Origin: a candidate division WOR-3 bacterium
GTDB taxonomy: Bacteria > Hydrothermota > Hydrothermia > LBFQ01
Reading direction: 5' to 3'
Assembly (NCBI GenBank): GCA_027050205.1
Contig: JALUCS010000083.1
Location: 3,036 to 67,035, forward strand
DNA length: 64,000 nucleotides
Shown here: positions 1 through 9,580 of the stretch, one piece after another
Position numbering within the stretch: position 1 is the stretch's first letter
Layout: each line of letters starts with the position of its first letter
Position numbers and translations under genes: made by a program
Notes under the pieces: model-generated
The model's database searches: none
What the model saw: only the letters and a program-made list of their open reading frames with translations
What the model was told of the DNA's origin: nothing

Positions 1-1258
1 TCCCCTGGTTCAACATCTCCCGCTCAAACCTGTCGGCAAAGCGGAGGTATATCCTCTCGTTCTCGTCTATGGCGTCCTCACCAACGATGGAGACCAGACG
101 GCGCACGTCCTTACCGCGGGCGTAGGCGGCGAAGAGCTGGTCCGCCCAGTTCCTGTGGAACTCCGCCGTCTTCCCCTTACCTATACCGAGGTTCATCAGA
201 CGGCTAAGGGACGGCAGGGGGTCAATGGGAGGGAAGACGCCGGCGGCGTGAAGCTCACGGGAAAGCACGATCTGCCCCTCGGTGATGTACCCGGTCAGGT
301 CGGGGATGGGGTGGGTTATGTCGTCGTCGGGCATCGTGAGGATGGGTATCTGCGTGACGGAACCCTTGCGTCCCTTTATACGGCCGGCACGCTCGTAGAT
401 GGTAGCGAGGTCGGTGTACATGTACCCCGGATAACCGCGCCTTCCGGGGACCTCCTCACGGGCGGCGGCTATCTCACGGAGGGCCTCGGCGTAGTTGGTC
501 ATATCCGTCAGGATCACGAGGACCTGATAGTCCAAGTCAAAGGCGAAGTACTCGGCTACGGTCAGGGCGAAGCGAGGGGTAAGGAGCCTCTCAATGGGAG
601 GGTCGTCGGCGAGGTTGATGAAGGCGATGAGACGGCTCGCGGCTCCCATCTCCTCAAACTGCTGCTTGAAGAAGGCGTACTCCCTCTGGGTTATCCCCAT
701 CGCGGCGAAGACCACCAGGAACTGCTCCCCCTCGCCACGGACGGTGGCGTTCCTCATTATGAAGGCGGCTATCTCGTTGGCCGGGAGACCGGCGCCGGAG
801 AAGATGGGGAGCTTCTGGCCACGGACGAGGGTGTTGAAGCCGTCTATGGAGGAGATACCCGTCTGTATGAAGTCCGACGGCTTATTTCGGGCTACCGGGT
901 TTATGGCCTCACCGATTATGGGGAGACGCTTCTCGGGAACGATGGGAGGGAGGCCGTCTATAGGCTCACCCCTACCGTTGAAAACCCGCCCTATCAGGTC
1001 CTTGGACACCCCTATCCTCACGACGTTATCCACCAGCCTTATGCGGATGGAGGAGGCGTCAAGGCCGAGGGTACCCTCCAAGACCTGAATGACGGCGAGG
1101 TCCTCGGAGACCTCAAGCACCTGTCCGCTCCGGCTGGTGCCGTCCGGAAGGAGGATCTCAACCAGGCTCCCGTAGGGAAGCTCCTTCGCCTTATCAACTA
1201 TAATGAGCGGGCCGGATATGTACTTGGCACCCACGTACTCCTTCGTTGCAAGCTCCAT
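1..1258 (-). CDS. atpB: V/A-type ATP synthase subunit B (non-catalytic), partial; 3' end lies beyond window start
   Basis: My reverse-strand translation from the ATG at 1258 gives [35 protein letters not shown]... It contains the degenerate P-loop [16 protein letters not shown] and the hallmark [22 protein letters not shown] of V/A-ATPase B subunits. The ORF track omits it because it runs off the window edge. The + strand ORFs 155..1300 and 594..1088 are antisense artefacts. Confidence 0.85.
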   Translation of the reverse strand, partial: MELATKEYVGAKYISGPLIIVDKAKELPYGSLVEILLPDGTSRSGQVLEVSEDLAVIQVLEGTLGLDASSIRIRLVDNVVRIGVSKDLIGRVFNGRGEPIDGLPPIVPEKRLPIIGEAINPVARNKPSDFIQTGISSIDGFNTLVRGQKLPIFSGAGLPANEIAAFIMRNATVRGEGEQFLVVFAAMGITQREYAFFKQQFEEMGAASRLIAFINLADDPPIERLLTPRFALTVAEYFAFDLDYQVLVILTDMTNYAEALREIAAAREEVPGRRGYPGYMYTDLATIYERAGRIKGRKGSVTQIPILTMPDDDITHPIPDLTGYITEGQIVLSRELHAAGVFPPIDPLPSLSRLMNLGIGKGKTAEFHRNWADQLFAAYARGKDVRRLVSIVGEDAIDENERIYLRFADRFEREMLNQG

Positions 1259-1312
1259 AGAGTGGCTATTATACTGGGGTACGTCCCCAAACGCCCTTAA
1301 GATTGGCAGCCG

Positions 1313-2227
1313 ATGGAGTGTAGGGACATTTACGAAGCCGTAAACGAGGGGGACGTTGAGTGCGTTAGGCGGTTGATAGAGGAGGGGACCGACGTGAACG
1401 TAAGGGACGAGAACGGCTACACGCCACTTCACGAGGCGGCTTCCCTTGGAGAGGTGGAGATAATGAAGCTCCTGATAGAGGCGGGGGCGGATATAGACGC
1501 CCGGACGGAGAACGGGGACACCCCCCTTGACCTCGCCGCCTTCTTCTGCTCAATGTACATGGACGACTTCACACCCGTCAGGCTCCTCGTGGAGGAGTAC
1601 ATCCGCCGGGGTATGTTGGACGTGCGATTCAACGAGGACAGGGGCCTCCTCCACTTCGCCGCCGTAGGTGGGGACGTTGAACAGATAGAGAGGCTTCTGA
1701 AGATGGGAGTCAAGGAGGCTCCGGGGGACGAGAGTCCCCTCCACATAGCCGTAAAGCACGGGAACCTGACTCTGGCCCGGCAACTTATTGAGATGGGTTT
1801 GGACCCCATGAGGAGGGATAGGGAGACAGGGGACACCCTCCTGCACTACGCCGTGGACGGAGGGAACCTTGAGGCGGTGAGATTCGCCCTTGAGGAGTTG
1901 GGCTTTGACCCCAACGTACGGAACGACAGCGGCCTTACGCCTCTCCACCTCCTCGCCCTCGGCGGTTCGGTTCCCGTAGCCCGCTACCTTCTCTCCATAG
2001 GCGCCGACCCCAACGCGCGGGAGGAGAAGGGGAACACCCCCCTGCACATGGCCGCCATGTGGGGCCACCTTCAGATGGTCAGTCTCCTAATGCTCAACGG
2101 GGCTGACCCAACTATAAGGAACGACGACGGTAAGACTCCCTGCGACCTCGCTCTTACTCTGGACATCCAGCTCGCTATGGGCCTGTGCGGTCTCCTCCCG
2201 CCCGCCTCTCCCCTTGAGGCCGGATAA
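1313..2227 (+). CDS. ankyrin-repeat protein (~8 ANK repeats)
   Basis: Repeated 33-aa units with the G-TPLH-A(A)--G motif, for example [28 protein letters not shown] and [27 protein letters not shown]. It is divergent from the V-ATPase B gene across a 55-bp gap. Confidence 0.85.
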   Translation: MECRDIYEAVNEGDVECVRRLIEEGTDVNVRDENGYTPLHEAASLGEVEIMKLLIEAGADIDARTENGDTPLDLAAFFCSMYMDDFTPVRLLVEEYIRRGMLDVRFNEDRGLLHFAAVGGDVEQIERLLKMGVKEAPGDESPLHIAVKHGNLTLARQLIEMGLDPMRRDRETGDTLLHYAVDGGNLEAVRFALEELGFDPNVRNDSGLTPLHLLALGGSVPVARYLLSIGADPNAREEKGNTPLHMAAMWGHLQMVSLLMLNGADPTIRNDDGKTPCDLALTLDIQLAMGLCGLLPPASPLEAG

Positions 2228-2451
2228 AGAGGTGGGTTGATGGTGACACTTTCAGTTTCCCCGTGTCGCACAGACTGACCATCCCCGATGTCGTTCAGGA
2301 TTCGTTAGCGGTGGGCAAAGTATCGCCCCACCTGCATAATGCCACTTTGGGTGTCGGTTCGGCATACGGATTGGTTGGTATTACGCCGATAGGGGAAGGA
2401 TCTATCTGTCCCTACAAAAATTGGTAGTCGCATTTCGGATCGTTGCAACCT

Positions 2452-2675
2452 TGTTGCAAGATTTTGAACGACATCGTGTTCAACGACTTTCCGAAACCGG
2501 GTTTCAGAGGGTGCGAGATGCAATTGACGAAAGGTACCAATACGGGTTCAAGATCCCAGCAGTACAAGGAACTTCGCCCCACTTTGAAAAGGACCCACTC
2601 ACCCGTTCAAAAACTGAAAATCAAACTTCAATAAACTGAAAGTTGCACTTTAGGATTCTTGACTTCCCATTAACG
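2452..2675 (+). repeat. Copy 1 of a conserved AT-rich intergenic element (boxes GTTGCAAGATTTTGAACGRCAT, GCRATTGACGRAGG, TTCAAAAACTG, AAGTYGCACTTTARGATYCTT); second copy at 55037-55180
   Basis: Direct comparison of the two intergenic regions. A 22-mer matches 21/22, an 11-mer is identical, and a roughly 34-bp distal box matches about 26/34, all in the same order and orientation. Copy 1 carries an extra ~80 bp between boxes. Confidence 0.6.
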
Positions 2676-2925
2676 AATTTTGAAGGGTATTGCATGCGGA
2701 TCACGATCTGCCGAATACCTGACGGAGTCCCCTCGGAAGTTGGCTACCACCCTATGTGGCATTGTATTCAACCTACCTTCGGAACTGGATTTCAGGAGGT
2801 AGGAGATACATTTGACGGAAATCTCCGATCCGGGGCAGGATAAGTTCCTGCAGGGAATTACTCGGAGGCTGCATCTATGCCATTAGCCGAACACCAAATT
2901 CCGACTGAAGTGCAAAAATAAAAAA

Positions 2926-2997
2926 CTGCGGGGCAGGGACTCGAACCCCGATCACCTGGTCCAGAGCCAGGCGTGTTACCGATTACACCACCCCGCA
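2926..2997 (-). tRNA. tRNA-Gln (anticodon CUG)
   Basis: The reverse complement folds as a cloverleaf: acceptor TGCGGGG/CCCCGCA with U1-A72 and G73, anticodon stem CCTGG/CCAGG with loop CUCUGGA giving anticodon CUG, and T-loop TTCGAGT. Confidence 0.85.
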
Positions 2998-3009
2998 GTG
3001 AGGTGTATA

Positions 3010-4530
3010 TTATATAGCGGAACGGTGGGTGGGTGTGTAGAACCGCTCCACCTTCTCCCGGAGGTAGGAGACGAGGTAGTGGGGGTTGGGTGGCTCCCCC
3101 GTCGCCTGCCTCACGAGGTCTTTGGGCAGGTACATACTTCCGTGTCTGTGTATCCTCTCCCGCAGCCAGTCCAAGATAGTCCCGAAGTCGCCAGAACCTA
3201 CGGCCTTCCTTACGTCAATATCCTCCTCCATCCGGTGCCTTATCTGGGCTGCTATGACGTTGCCAAAGGTGTAGGTAGGGAAGTAGCCGAAACCTCCGGA
3301 ATACCAGTGTATGTCTTGCAGGAAGCCCTCACGGTGGGTGGGAGGGGTTATCCCGAACATCTCCTTAAACTTGGAGTTCCAGACCTCCGGTAGGGCCTCC
3401 ACCTCCATATTCCCGTTTATCAACGCCCGCTCTATCTCAAACCGCAGGATGATGTGGAGGTTGTAGGTTAGCTCGTCCGCCTCTATGCGCACAAAGGAGG
3501 GTTTGATGTCGTTGGCGGCGAATAGGAACTCCTCAAGGCTGTAGTCGTAGAGGGAGGGGAAGAAGGCCCTAAGGAAGGGATAGAAGACCTCCCAGAACTC
3601 CGGACTTCTGCCGATGACGTTCTCCCAGAAGCGGGATTGGGACTCGTGTATGGCCAGAGATGGGGCGTTCCCCACAGGCTCACCGAAGTACTCCTCCGGA
3701 AGCCCTAAGCCGTACAGGGCGTGCCCCATCTCGTGGAGGGTTGAGAATATGCCGTCCAACAGGTCGTTGGAATGGTAGCGGGTGGTTATACGGACGTCCC
3801 CCGGCACTATTCGGACGGCGAAGGGGTGGGTGGTCTCGTCCAACCTTCCGGCGTTGAGGTCGTACCCTATGCTCCTAAGGAGGAAGAGGTGAAACTTCTT
3901 CTGGTCCTCTATGGGGAAGTGTCCCCTTACGGGCCTCGGCACCCTACCCGATTCCCTCGCCTCCATTACCTTGGTGAGTAGTTTGAGGGTTTCCCTCTTC
4001 AGGTAGGAGAAGACCTCTTCAACCTCGGAGGCTCTAAGGCCCGGCTCGTACCCGTCTAAGAGGGCGTCGTAAGGCTCACTCTCGTATCCGAGATGCTCCG
4101 CCACCTCCCGCTTGAGGGAGACCAGGTCCTTCAGGTGGGGCAGGACGAGGGAGGGGTCGTTTCTATCCTTAGCCTCCCTCCAGACTACCTCCGTTTCGGT
4201 GGCCTTTTGGACGAGTTTCAACTGCAACTTCAAAGGTACCTTTACGGTGCGGTCGTAGGTACGACGGAGCCAGAACAGGTTCATCCTCTCCCGGCTGCCC
4301 TCCGGGTAGTCTCCCTTTTCCGCCGTCTCAAGGAGAGAAGTGAACTCCGGCGAGGTTATAACGCTGTGGGCGTACTCGGATAGGGCGGACAGTTGCCTCC
4401 CCCTGAACTTGACGGCCTTTCTGGGCATATATGTGCGCTGATCCCATACGAGAAGCCCCCTGACGGAGAGGATGTAGTTGAGGTTTCTTACCTTCTCCAA
4501 GAGCTTATCGTAGGCCTTCCTGTGATCCAT
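3010..4530 (-). CDS. M32 family carboxypeptidase (carboxypeptidase Taq-like)
   Basis: HEMGHALY zinc motif (HExxH), HESQSRFWEN and IRIEADELTYNLHIILRFEIE, which are typical of thermostable carboxypeptidase 1. Confidence 0.85.
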   Translation of the reverse strand: MDHRKAYDKLLEKVRNLNYILSVRGLLVWDQRTYMPRKAVKFRGRQLSALSEYAHSVITSPEFTSLLETAEKGDYPEGSRERMNLFWLRRTYDRTVKVPLKLQLKLVQKATETEVVWREAKDRNDPSLVLPHLKDLVSLKREVAEHLGYESEPYDALLDGYEPGLRASEVEEVFSYLKRETLKLLTKVMEARESGRVPRPVRGHFPIEDQKKFHLFLLRSIGYDLNAGRLDETTHPFAVRIVPGDVRITTRYHSNDLLDGIFSTLHEMGHALYGLGLPEEYFGEPVGNAPSLAIHESQSRFWENVIGRSPEFWEVFYPFLRAFFPSLYDYSLEEFLFAANDIKPSFVRIEADELTYNLHIILRFEIERALINGNMEVEALPEVWNSKFKEMFGITPPTHREGFLQDIHWYSGGFGYFPTYTFGNVIAAQIRHRMEEDIDVRKAVGSGDFGTILDWLRERIHRHGSMYLPKDLVRQATGEPPNPHYLVSYLREKVERFYTPTHRSAI

Positions 4531-4567
4531 AAGGGGCTATTGTACCGCCGCAGCCTCGTTGAAAAAC

Positions 4568-5317
4568 CTACGAAGCCCGGAGGGAACGCACTATACCCTC
4601 GTAGCCCTCCGCCTCCAACCTTAGGGATAGGTCGTATCCACCCGTCAGGACTATCCTACCATCTACCATAACGTGTACCTTGTCGGGCTTGACGTAGTTC
4701 AGGATCCTCTGGTAGTGGGTTATAAGGAGGACGGATAGGTTCGGGTTCTCCTCCTTCGCCCTGTTTATGGCACCCCCCACTATCCTGACGGCGTCTATGT
4801 CCAGACCGGAGTCTATCTCGTCCAGTATAGCGAGCTTTGGCTTCAGGGTTAGAAGCTGGGCGACCTCCGACCTCTTCTTCTCGCCGCCGGAGAATCCGAC
4901 GTTTACCTCCCTGTCTATGAAGTCCCCGATGCCGAGCTGCTCGTAGTAGGATCTCAAGAGTCTCCGGAACTCCACCGGTCCCATATCCCAGCCGAGGGAT
5001 TGAACGGCCTTCCACATCATCTGGGAGACCCTTACGCCCTCTATCTCGTAGGGGTACTGGAAGGCGAGGAATATGCCGAGCTTCGCTCTTTCGTCCGGCG
5101 ATAGGTCCAGGATGCTCCTCCCCTCAAAGAGGATGTCCCCGCCTACCACCTCGTACTCCGGGTGTCCCATCAGGACGAGGGCGAGGGTACTCTTGCCGGA
5201 ACCGTTGGGTCCCATTATGGCGTGCGTCTCCCCCTTGTTTATGGTCAAGCTGACGCCTTTGAGGATCAGGCTATCCTCCACCTTTACCTTCAGGTCCTTT
5301 ATCTCCAAGAGAGCCAT
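4568..5317 (-). CDS. sufC: Fe-S cluster assembly ATPase SufC
   Basis: MALLEIKDLKV..., Walker A GPNGSGKST, an ABC signature, and a Walker B/D-loop ILDEIDSGLDIDA. Length is 249 aa. Confidence 0.88.
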   Translation of the reverse strand: MALLEIKDLKVKVEDSLILKGVSLTINKGETHAIMGPNGSGKSTLALVLMGHPEYEVVGGDILFEGRSILDLSPDERAKLGIFLAFQYPYEIEGVRVSQMMWKAVQSLGWDMGPVEFRRLLRSYYEQLGIGDFIDREVNVGFSGGEKKRSEVAQLLTLKPKLAILDEIDSGLDIDAVRIVGGAINRAKEENPNLSVLLITHYQRILNYVKPDKVHVMVDGRIVLTGGYDLSLRLEAEGYEGIVRSLRAS

Positions 5318-5361
5318 AGGGGGGTATTATAGGGGTGAATCCTGACCATTTAGGTCAGAAT

Positions 5362-6768
5362 TTATCCCTTCACTACGATGATGGGCCTGCTCCGGGCGAC
5401 TATCTTGGAGAGGCCCGCGCCCTCCACCACCTTCACCACCTCCTCGGCGTCCTTGTAGGCCTCCGGTATCTCCTCAAGGATGGTGGCCTTGCTGCTCGCC
5501 CGGATCACTATACCCCTCTCCTGTAGCTTACGCTTCACCTCACTGACGCTGAACATCTTCTTGGCCTTCCGTCTGGAGAGTACCCTGCCGGCGCCGTGGC
5601 AGGTGGAACCGAAGCTCTTCTCTATGGAGCCGGGCATACCCACCAGGACGAAGGAGTACCTGCCCATATCCCCCGGTATTATGACGGGCTGACCCACATC
5701 CCTGTAGGCCTCCGGTATCTCCGGCCTGCCGGCGGGAAAGGCCCGCGTTGCCCCCTTGCGGTGGACGAGGACATCTACCATCTTACCGTCTATCTCGTAC
5801 CTCTCAAACTTGGCTATGTTGTGGGCGACGTCGTAGAGGAGGTGCATGCCCAACTCGTCGGCTGGCCTCTTGAAAACCTCCTCAAAGGCCCTCCTTACGT
5901 TGAAGGTTATCAGCTGTCTGTTGGCGAAGGCGTAGTTAGCGGCGGCGGCCATCGCCTTGAGGTAGTTTCTCCCCTCCTTGCTCGTTATAGGGGCGCAGGC
6001 CAGCTGTTTGTCGGGAACGTCTATCTTGTACTTGCTCTTCATAACCGAGAGCATTACGGAGATGTAATCGTCGGCTATCTGGTGGCCGAAACCTCTGGAA
6101 CCGCAATGTACCATAACCACCACCTGACCCCTGAAGAGGCCGAACTTCTCCGCTACCTTACGGTCGTATATCCGGTCTATCACCTGTACCTCAAGGAAGT
6201 GGTTCCCGCTTCCGAGGGTTCCGAGCTGGTCCGCACCCCTCTGCCTCGCCCTGCGGGATACCTTTGAGAAGTCCGCCCCCTCAAGCCTTCCTCCCTCCTC
6301 TATGAAGTTCAGGTCCTCCTCCCATCCGTATCCGAGCCTCACCATGTAGGCCGCCCCCTCATGAGAGACCCCCTCAAGGTCCTTCTTGCTCGCCCTGAAG
6401 GGGCCGCCAACGCCGACGCCGGAGGGGACGTAGGCGTACAGTTTGTTGGCCAGCCTATCCGCTACCTCCCTGACTTCCTCCTCAAAGAGGTTGGTCTTTA
6501 TGAGCCTTACGCCGCAGTTTATGTCAAAGCCTATCCCTCCAGGGGAGACCACCCCGTCCTCAACCCTGAATGCGGCCACCCCACCCACGGGGAAACCGTA
6601 CCCCCAGTGTATGTCCGGCATCCCTATGGAGTACTTCACTATCCCCGGAAGGGTGGCGACGTTCGCTACCTGCTCAAGGGCCTCGTCCTCCGGCATTATT
6701 GAGGGGCTGGTGAATATGAGTCCGGGAACCCTCATCCCCGGCTTGTAGTCCTTCGGAAGCTCGTACAT
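5362..6768 (-). CDS. rtcB: RNA-splicing ligase RtcB
   Basis: Motifs NHFLEVQ, HCGSRGFGHQIADDY, GDMGRYSFVLVG and STCHGAGR. The ORF track extends to 6900, but the conserved N-terminus MYELPKDYKPGMRVPG argues for the internal Met at about 6768. Confidence 0.88.
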   Translation of the reverse strand: MYELPKDYKPGMRVPGLIFTSPSIMPEDEALEQVANVATLPGIVKYSIGMPDIHWGYGFPVGGVAAFRVEDGVVSPGGIGFDINCGVRLIKTNLFEEEVREVADRLANKLYAYVPSGVGVGGPFRASKKDLEGVSHEGAAYMVRLGYGWEEDLNFIEEGGRLEGADFSKVSRRARQRGADQLGTLGSGNHFLEVQVIDRIYDRKVAEKFGLFRGQVVVMVHCGSRGFGHQIADDYISVMLSVMKSKYKIDVPDKQLACAPITSKEGRNYLKAMAAAANYAFANRQLITFNVRRAFEEVFKRPADELGMHLLYDVAHNIAKFERYEIDGKMVDVLVHRKGATRAFPAGRPEIPEAYRDVGQPVIIPGDMGRYSFVLVGMPGSIEKSFGSTCHGAGRVLSRRKAKKMFSVSEVKRKLQERGIVIRASSKATILEEIPEAYKDAEEVVKVVEGAGLSKIVARSRPIIVVKG

Positions 6769-6841
6769 AAACCGCCCGATCTTCCTTAACCTACCTCTCG
6801 CTCCCACGCAGGGATTGTAAAGACGAAGTATAGGAGGCTTT

Positions 6842-7543
6842 ATGGATATCTTCCCCCTTATAATAGGCGTTGGAATGAGCAGGCTCGCTGCCCTGAACAC
6901 CTTAAAGGAGAAGCTCGGCGAAGACGGGGTAAATGCCCTGTTTGAGGTGTTTGAGGAGGAGAGAGAAAGGATAAGAGATTATCTCTTCCGCATCCTTGAG
7001 GAGAGGTTTGTCCGTAGGTTGGCGGAGGAGATAGGGAAACTCCGCTCCGAGATGTATAAGCTCTTTGCCCAGCACAGTACCGAGGTAGATGAGAAAATAG
7101 AAAACCTCCGGTCCGAGATGACGGATAAGATTGAGAATCTCCGCTCTGAAATGACGGAGAAGATTGAAAACCTCCGCTCCGAAATGACAGAGAAGATTGA
7201 GGGCCTCCGCACCGAGATGACGGAGAAGATTGAAGGCCTCCGCACCGAGATGACAGAGAAGATTGAGAATCTCCGCTCTGAAATGACGGGCCAGATTGAG
7301 GGTCTCCGCTCCGAGATGCACGACGAGATCGGAAAGCTACGTGCCGAAGTTCATCAGGAGATAGCGAAGGTGTGGGACGAGATCGGCAAGCTCCGGGCAG
7401 AAATGACGGAGAAGATAGAAAAACTTCGCTCCGAGATGCACAGCATGAAGGCCGATATTATCAAGTGGATGTTCGTGTTCTGGGTATCTCAAACGCTGGT
7501 GATAATAGGGGTTATATTTGCCCTTATGAGGTTTTTGAAATAG
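6842..7543 (+). CDS. tail-anchored coiled-coil protein with hendecad (11-aa) repeats, DUF1640-like
   Basis: About 9 tandem copies of EKIE(N/G)LR(S/T)EMT encoded by 33-bp DNA repeats. The C-terminus KWMFVFWVSQTLVIIGVIFALMRFLK is a single TM helix with a W-F-FWV-Q motif reminiscent of DUF1640. The true start may be the internal ATG near 6875 (MSRLAAL...). Confidence 0.5.
   Translation: MDIFPLIIGVGMSRLAALNTLKEKLGEDGVNALFEVFEEERERIRDYLFRILEERFVRRLAEEIGKLRSEMYKLFAQHSTEVDEKIENLRSEMTDKIENLRSEMTEKIENLRSEMTEKIEGLRTEMTEKIEGLRTEMTEKIENLRSEMTGQIEGLRSEMHDEIGKLRAEVHQEIAKVWDEIGKLRAEMTEKIEKLRSEMHSMKADIIKWMFVFWVSQTLVIIGVIFALMRFLK
7089..7440 (+). repeat. 33-bp tandem DNA repeats (about 8 clean plus 2-3 degenerate units) inside the CDS
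   Basis: Periodic gagatgacggagaagattga(a/g)aacctccgctcc units are visible directly. Two unit variants (…aaaacctccgctcc… and …gggcctccgcacc…) alternate. Confidence 0.85.
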
Positions 7544-7939
7544 GGGAAAGATTTCCTGAATACAACTTATCAACTGAAACTTACAATTTTCCTAAGGATT
7601 GATTTAAATAAATAAAAAGCTGGGTTAAAGATTTTCACACTCGCGGCACAGAATACAGGGGATTTCACCTCAACGTTCCCTTTGAAAAAGTATCACTCCA
7701 TCTAACGAGCGATAAATCCACGGGAGCCTTGTATCAGCCCATGGGGTGAGGAACCTATGTCTCGTTGCGTGGAAATATTATACAAATTGTTGTCGCTGTT
7801 TGATATGAAAAAACACAAAATTTAATCACAAATCCGTGTATAACTTTAGTTTTGATCCCAAAACCCCTATGCTGGAGTACCCGCCACCTCCGTTTCCCTT
7901 CGGCAGTATAATACACGCTCTTAAAAGGAGGGTAGAAAG

Positions 7940-8377
7940 GTGAAAGTGACGCCATTTTTGAGGAAAGAGGACGTCCAGCGGGAGTGGTACGTAGTGGACG
8001 CCACGGGGAAGACCCTGGGGAGGCTCGCCTCCGAGATAGCGAAGATCCTCATGGGTAAGCACAAGCCCCAGTACACTCCCCACGCCGATATGGGCGACTT
8101 CGTGATAGTACTGAACGCCCACAAGGTGAAGGTCACGGGAAGGAAGCTTCAGCAGAAGATGTACAGGTGGCACAGTGGGTACCCGAGCGGTCTCAAGGAG
8201 AGGCCCCTGTGGTGGATGCTCCAGCATCACCCTGAACGTGTCCTTTACCTCGCCGTAAAGCGTATGCTTCCCAAGAACAGGCTCCGCAAACGCCGCCTCA
8301 AGAGGCTGAAGATCTACGCCAGCGACACCCATCCCCACGCCGCCCAGAACCCCAAGCCGCTGGATATAAAGGTTTAA
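7940..8377 (+). CDS. rplM: 50S ribosomal protein L13
   Basis: [41 protein letters not shown]...; RBS aaggaggg lies upstream. Confidence 0.93.
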   Translation: MKVTPFLRKEDVQREWYVVDATGKTLGRLASEIAKILMGKHKPQYTPHADMGDFVIVLNAHKVKVTGRKLQQKMYRWHSGYPSGLKERPLWWMLQHHPERVLYLAVKRMLPKNRLRKRRLKRLKIYASDTHPHAAQNPKPLDIKV

Positions 8378-8390
8378 ACGGAAGTAGAAA

Positions 8391-8777
8391 ATGGAGATCA
8401 TAAACATTTCTGGCTCCAGAAAGCGGGCGACCGCCCGTGTGACCCTGAAGAGGGGGACGGGAAGGATCTTCATAAACGGGAAGTCGCCCGACGAGTACTT
8501 CAAGAAGGCCCACCTCGTGATGTGGGCCTTAGAGCCTCTGGAGATCACCGGCCTAAGGGACGTCGTGGACGTGAAGGTCAGGGTTGAGGGGGGTGGTGTG
8601 TCCGGTCAGGCCGGTGCCGTCCGCCACGCCCTCGCGAGGGCCATAGTGGCCCTTGACCCCGGCAAGAGGCCCGTCCTTCGCAAGGCCGGTATGCTCACGC
8701 GCGATCCGAGAGAAAAGGAGAGGATGAAGTATGGAAGAACTAAGAGAAGAAGGGCTTGGCAGTACACCAAGCGTTGA
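8391..8777 (+). CDS. rpsI: 30S ribosomal protein S9
   Basis: C-terminus GGGVSGQAGAVRHALARAI...LTRDPREKERMKYGRTKRRRAWQYTKR. Confidence 0.92.
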   Translation: MEIINISGSRKRATARVTLKRGTGRIFINGKSPDEYFKKAHLVMWALEPLEITGLRDVVDVKVRVEGGGVSGQAGAVRHALARAIVALDPGKRPVLRKAGMLTRDPREKERMKYGRTKRRRAWQYTKR

Positions 8778-9564
8778 TCTGGAGGAGATAGACGTCCGGG
8801 AGCTTCTGAACAACCCGAGGGAGCTTCTGAAGAAGCTCTTTGAGGTGGGCGCCCACTACGGACACCGCAAGAGCCGCTGGAACCCCAAGATGAGGCCCTT
8901 CATCTACACCGTGCGGAACGGCATCCACGTCATAGACGTAAGGTACACCGTCGTGGCCCTCCGTAAGGCCTACGAGCGGATGAGGGAGGAGGGACGCCGG
9001 GGCGGTACCGTACTCTTCGTAAGCACCAAGCCGCAGGCCAGAGCCATAATAAAGGACGAGGCCCGCAGGGTCGGAGCCTTCTACGTCGTGGAGAGGTGGC
9101 CCGGTGGCCTCCTGACCAACTTTGAGACCATCCACAAGCGGATCCTCAAGATGAAGGAGTACGAGTCCCTCTTCCTGGAGTTTGAGGAGAGGCGCCGCCG
9201 CGGTGAGGTTCTACCCTACACCAAGAAGGAGATCCTCAAGATGCAGCGCGAGTACGCCAAGCTCCGCAAGCTCTTCGGCGGTATAGAGAACATGAACCAC
9301 CTCCCCGACCTCGTCTACATAGTGGACCCCAAGTACAACCACATCGCCGCCTACGAGGTGAAGAAGTTGGGCATCCCCTCCATAGGCATCGTGGATACCA
9401 ACGCCGACCCGGAGATGGTGGACCTGCCCATACCCGCCAACGACGAGTCCATGAAGAGCATCCGCTTCATAACCCACATAGTGGCCCAGGGTTATCTGGA
9501 CGGCAAGAGGGAGAGGGAGGCCGCGGGAGGTATCCTGCCCGAAACGGCCGAGCTTACCGGATAA
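8731..9564 (+). CDS. rpsB: 30S ribosomal protein S2
   Basis: GAHYGHRKSRWNPKM, VIDVRYTV and RWPGGLLTN. The ATG at 8731 is preceded by aaggagagg and overlaps the rpsI 3' end by 47 nt. Confidence 0.9.
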   Translation: MEELREEGLGSTPSVDLEEIDVRELLNNPRELLKKLFEVGAHYGHRKSRWNPKMRPFIYTVRNGIHVIDVRYTVVALRKAYERMREEGRRGGTVLFVSTKPQARAIIKDEARRVGAFYVVERWPGGLLTNFETIHKRILKMKEYESLFLEFEERRRRGEVLPYTKKEILKMQREYAKLRKLFGGIENMNHLPDLVYIVDPKYNHIAAYEVKKLGIPSIGIVDTNADPEMVDLPIPANDESMKSIRFITHIVAQGYLDGKREREAAGGILPETAELTG

Positions 9565-9580
9565 AAGGAGGTCTTCCGAT

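Noticed and set aside
155-1300. A 381-aa + strand ORF and a nested 164-aa ORF
   Set aside because: Gly/Val/Glu/Arg-rich low-complexity translation, typical of antisense reading of a GC-rich gene. The opposite strand encodes a convincing V/A-ATPase B subunit.
6769-6900. N-terminal 44-aa extension of rtcB in the ORF track
   Set aside because: The conserved RtcB N-terminus (MYELPKDYKPGMRVPG) starts at the internal Met. The extension would also overlap the divergent repeat-protein gene.
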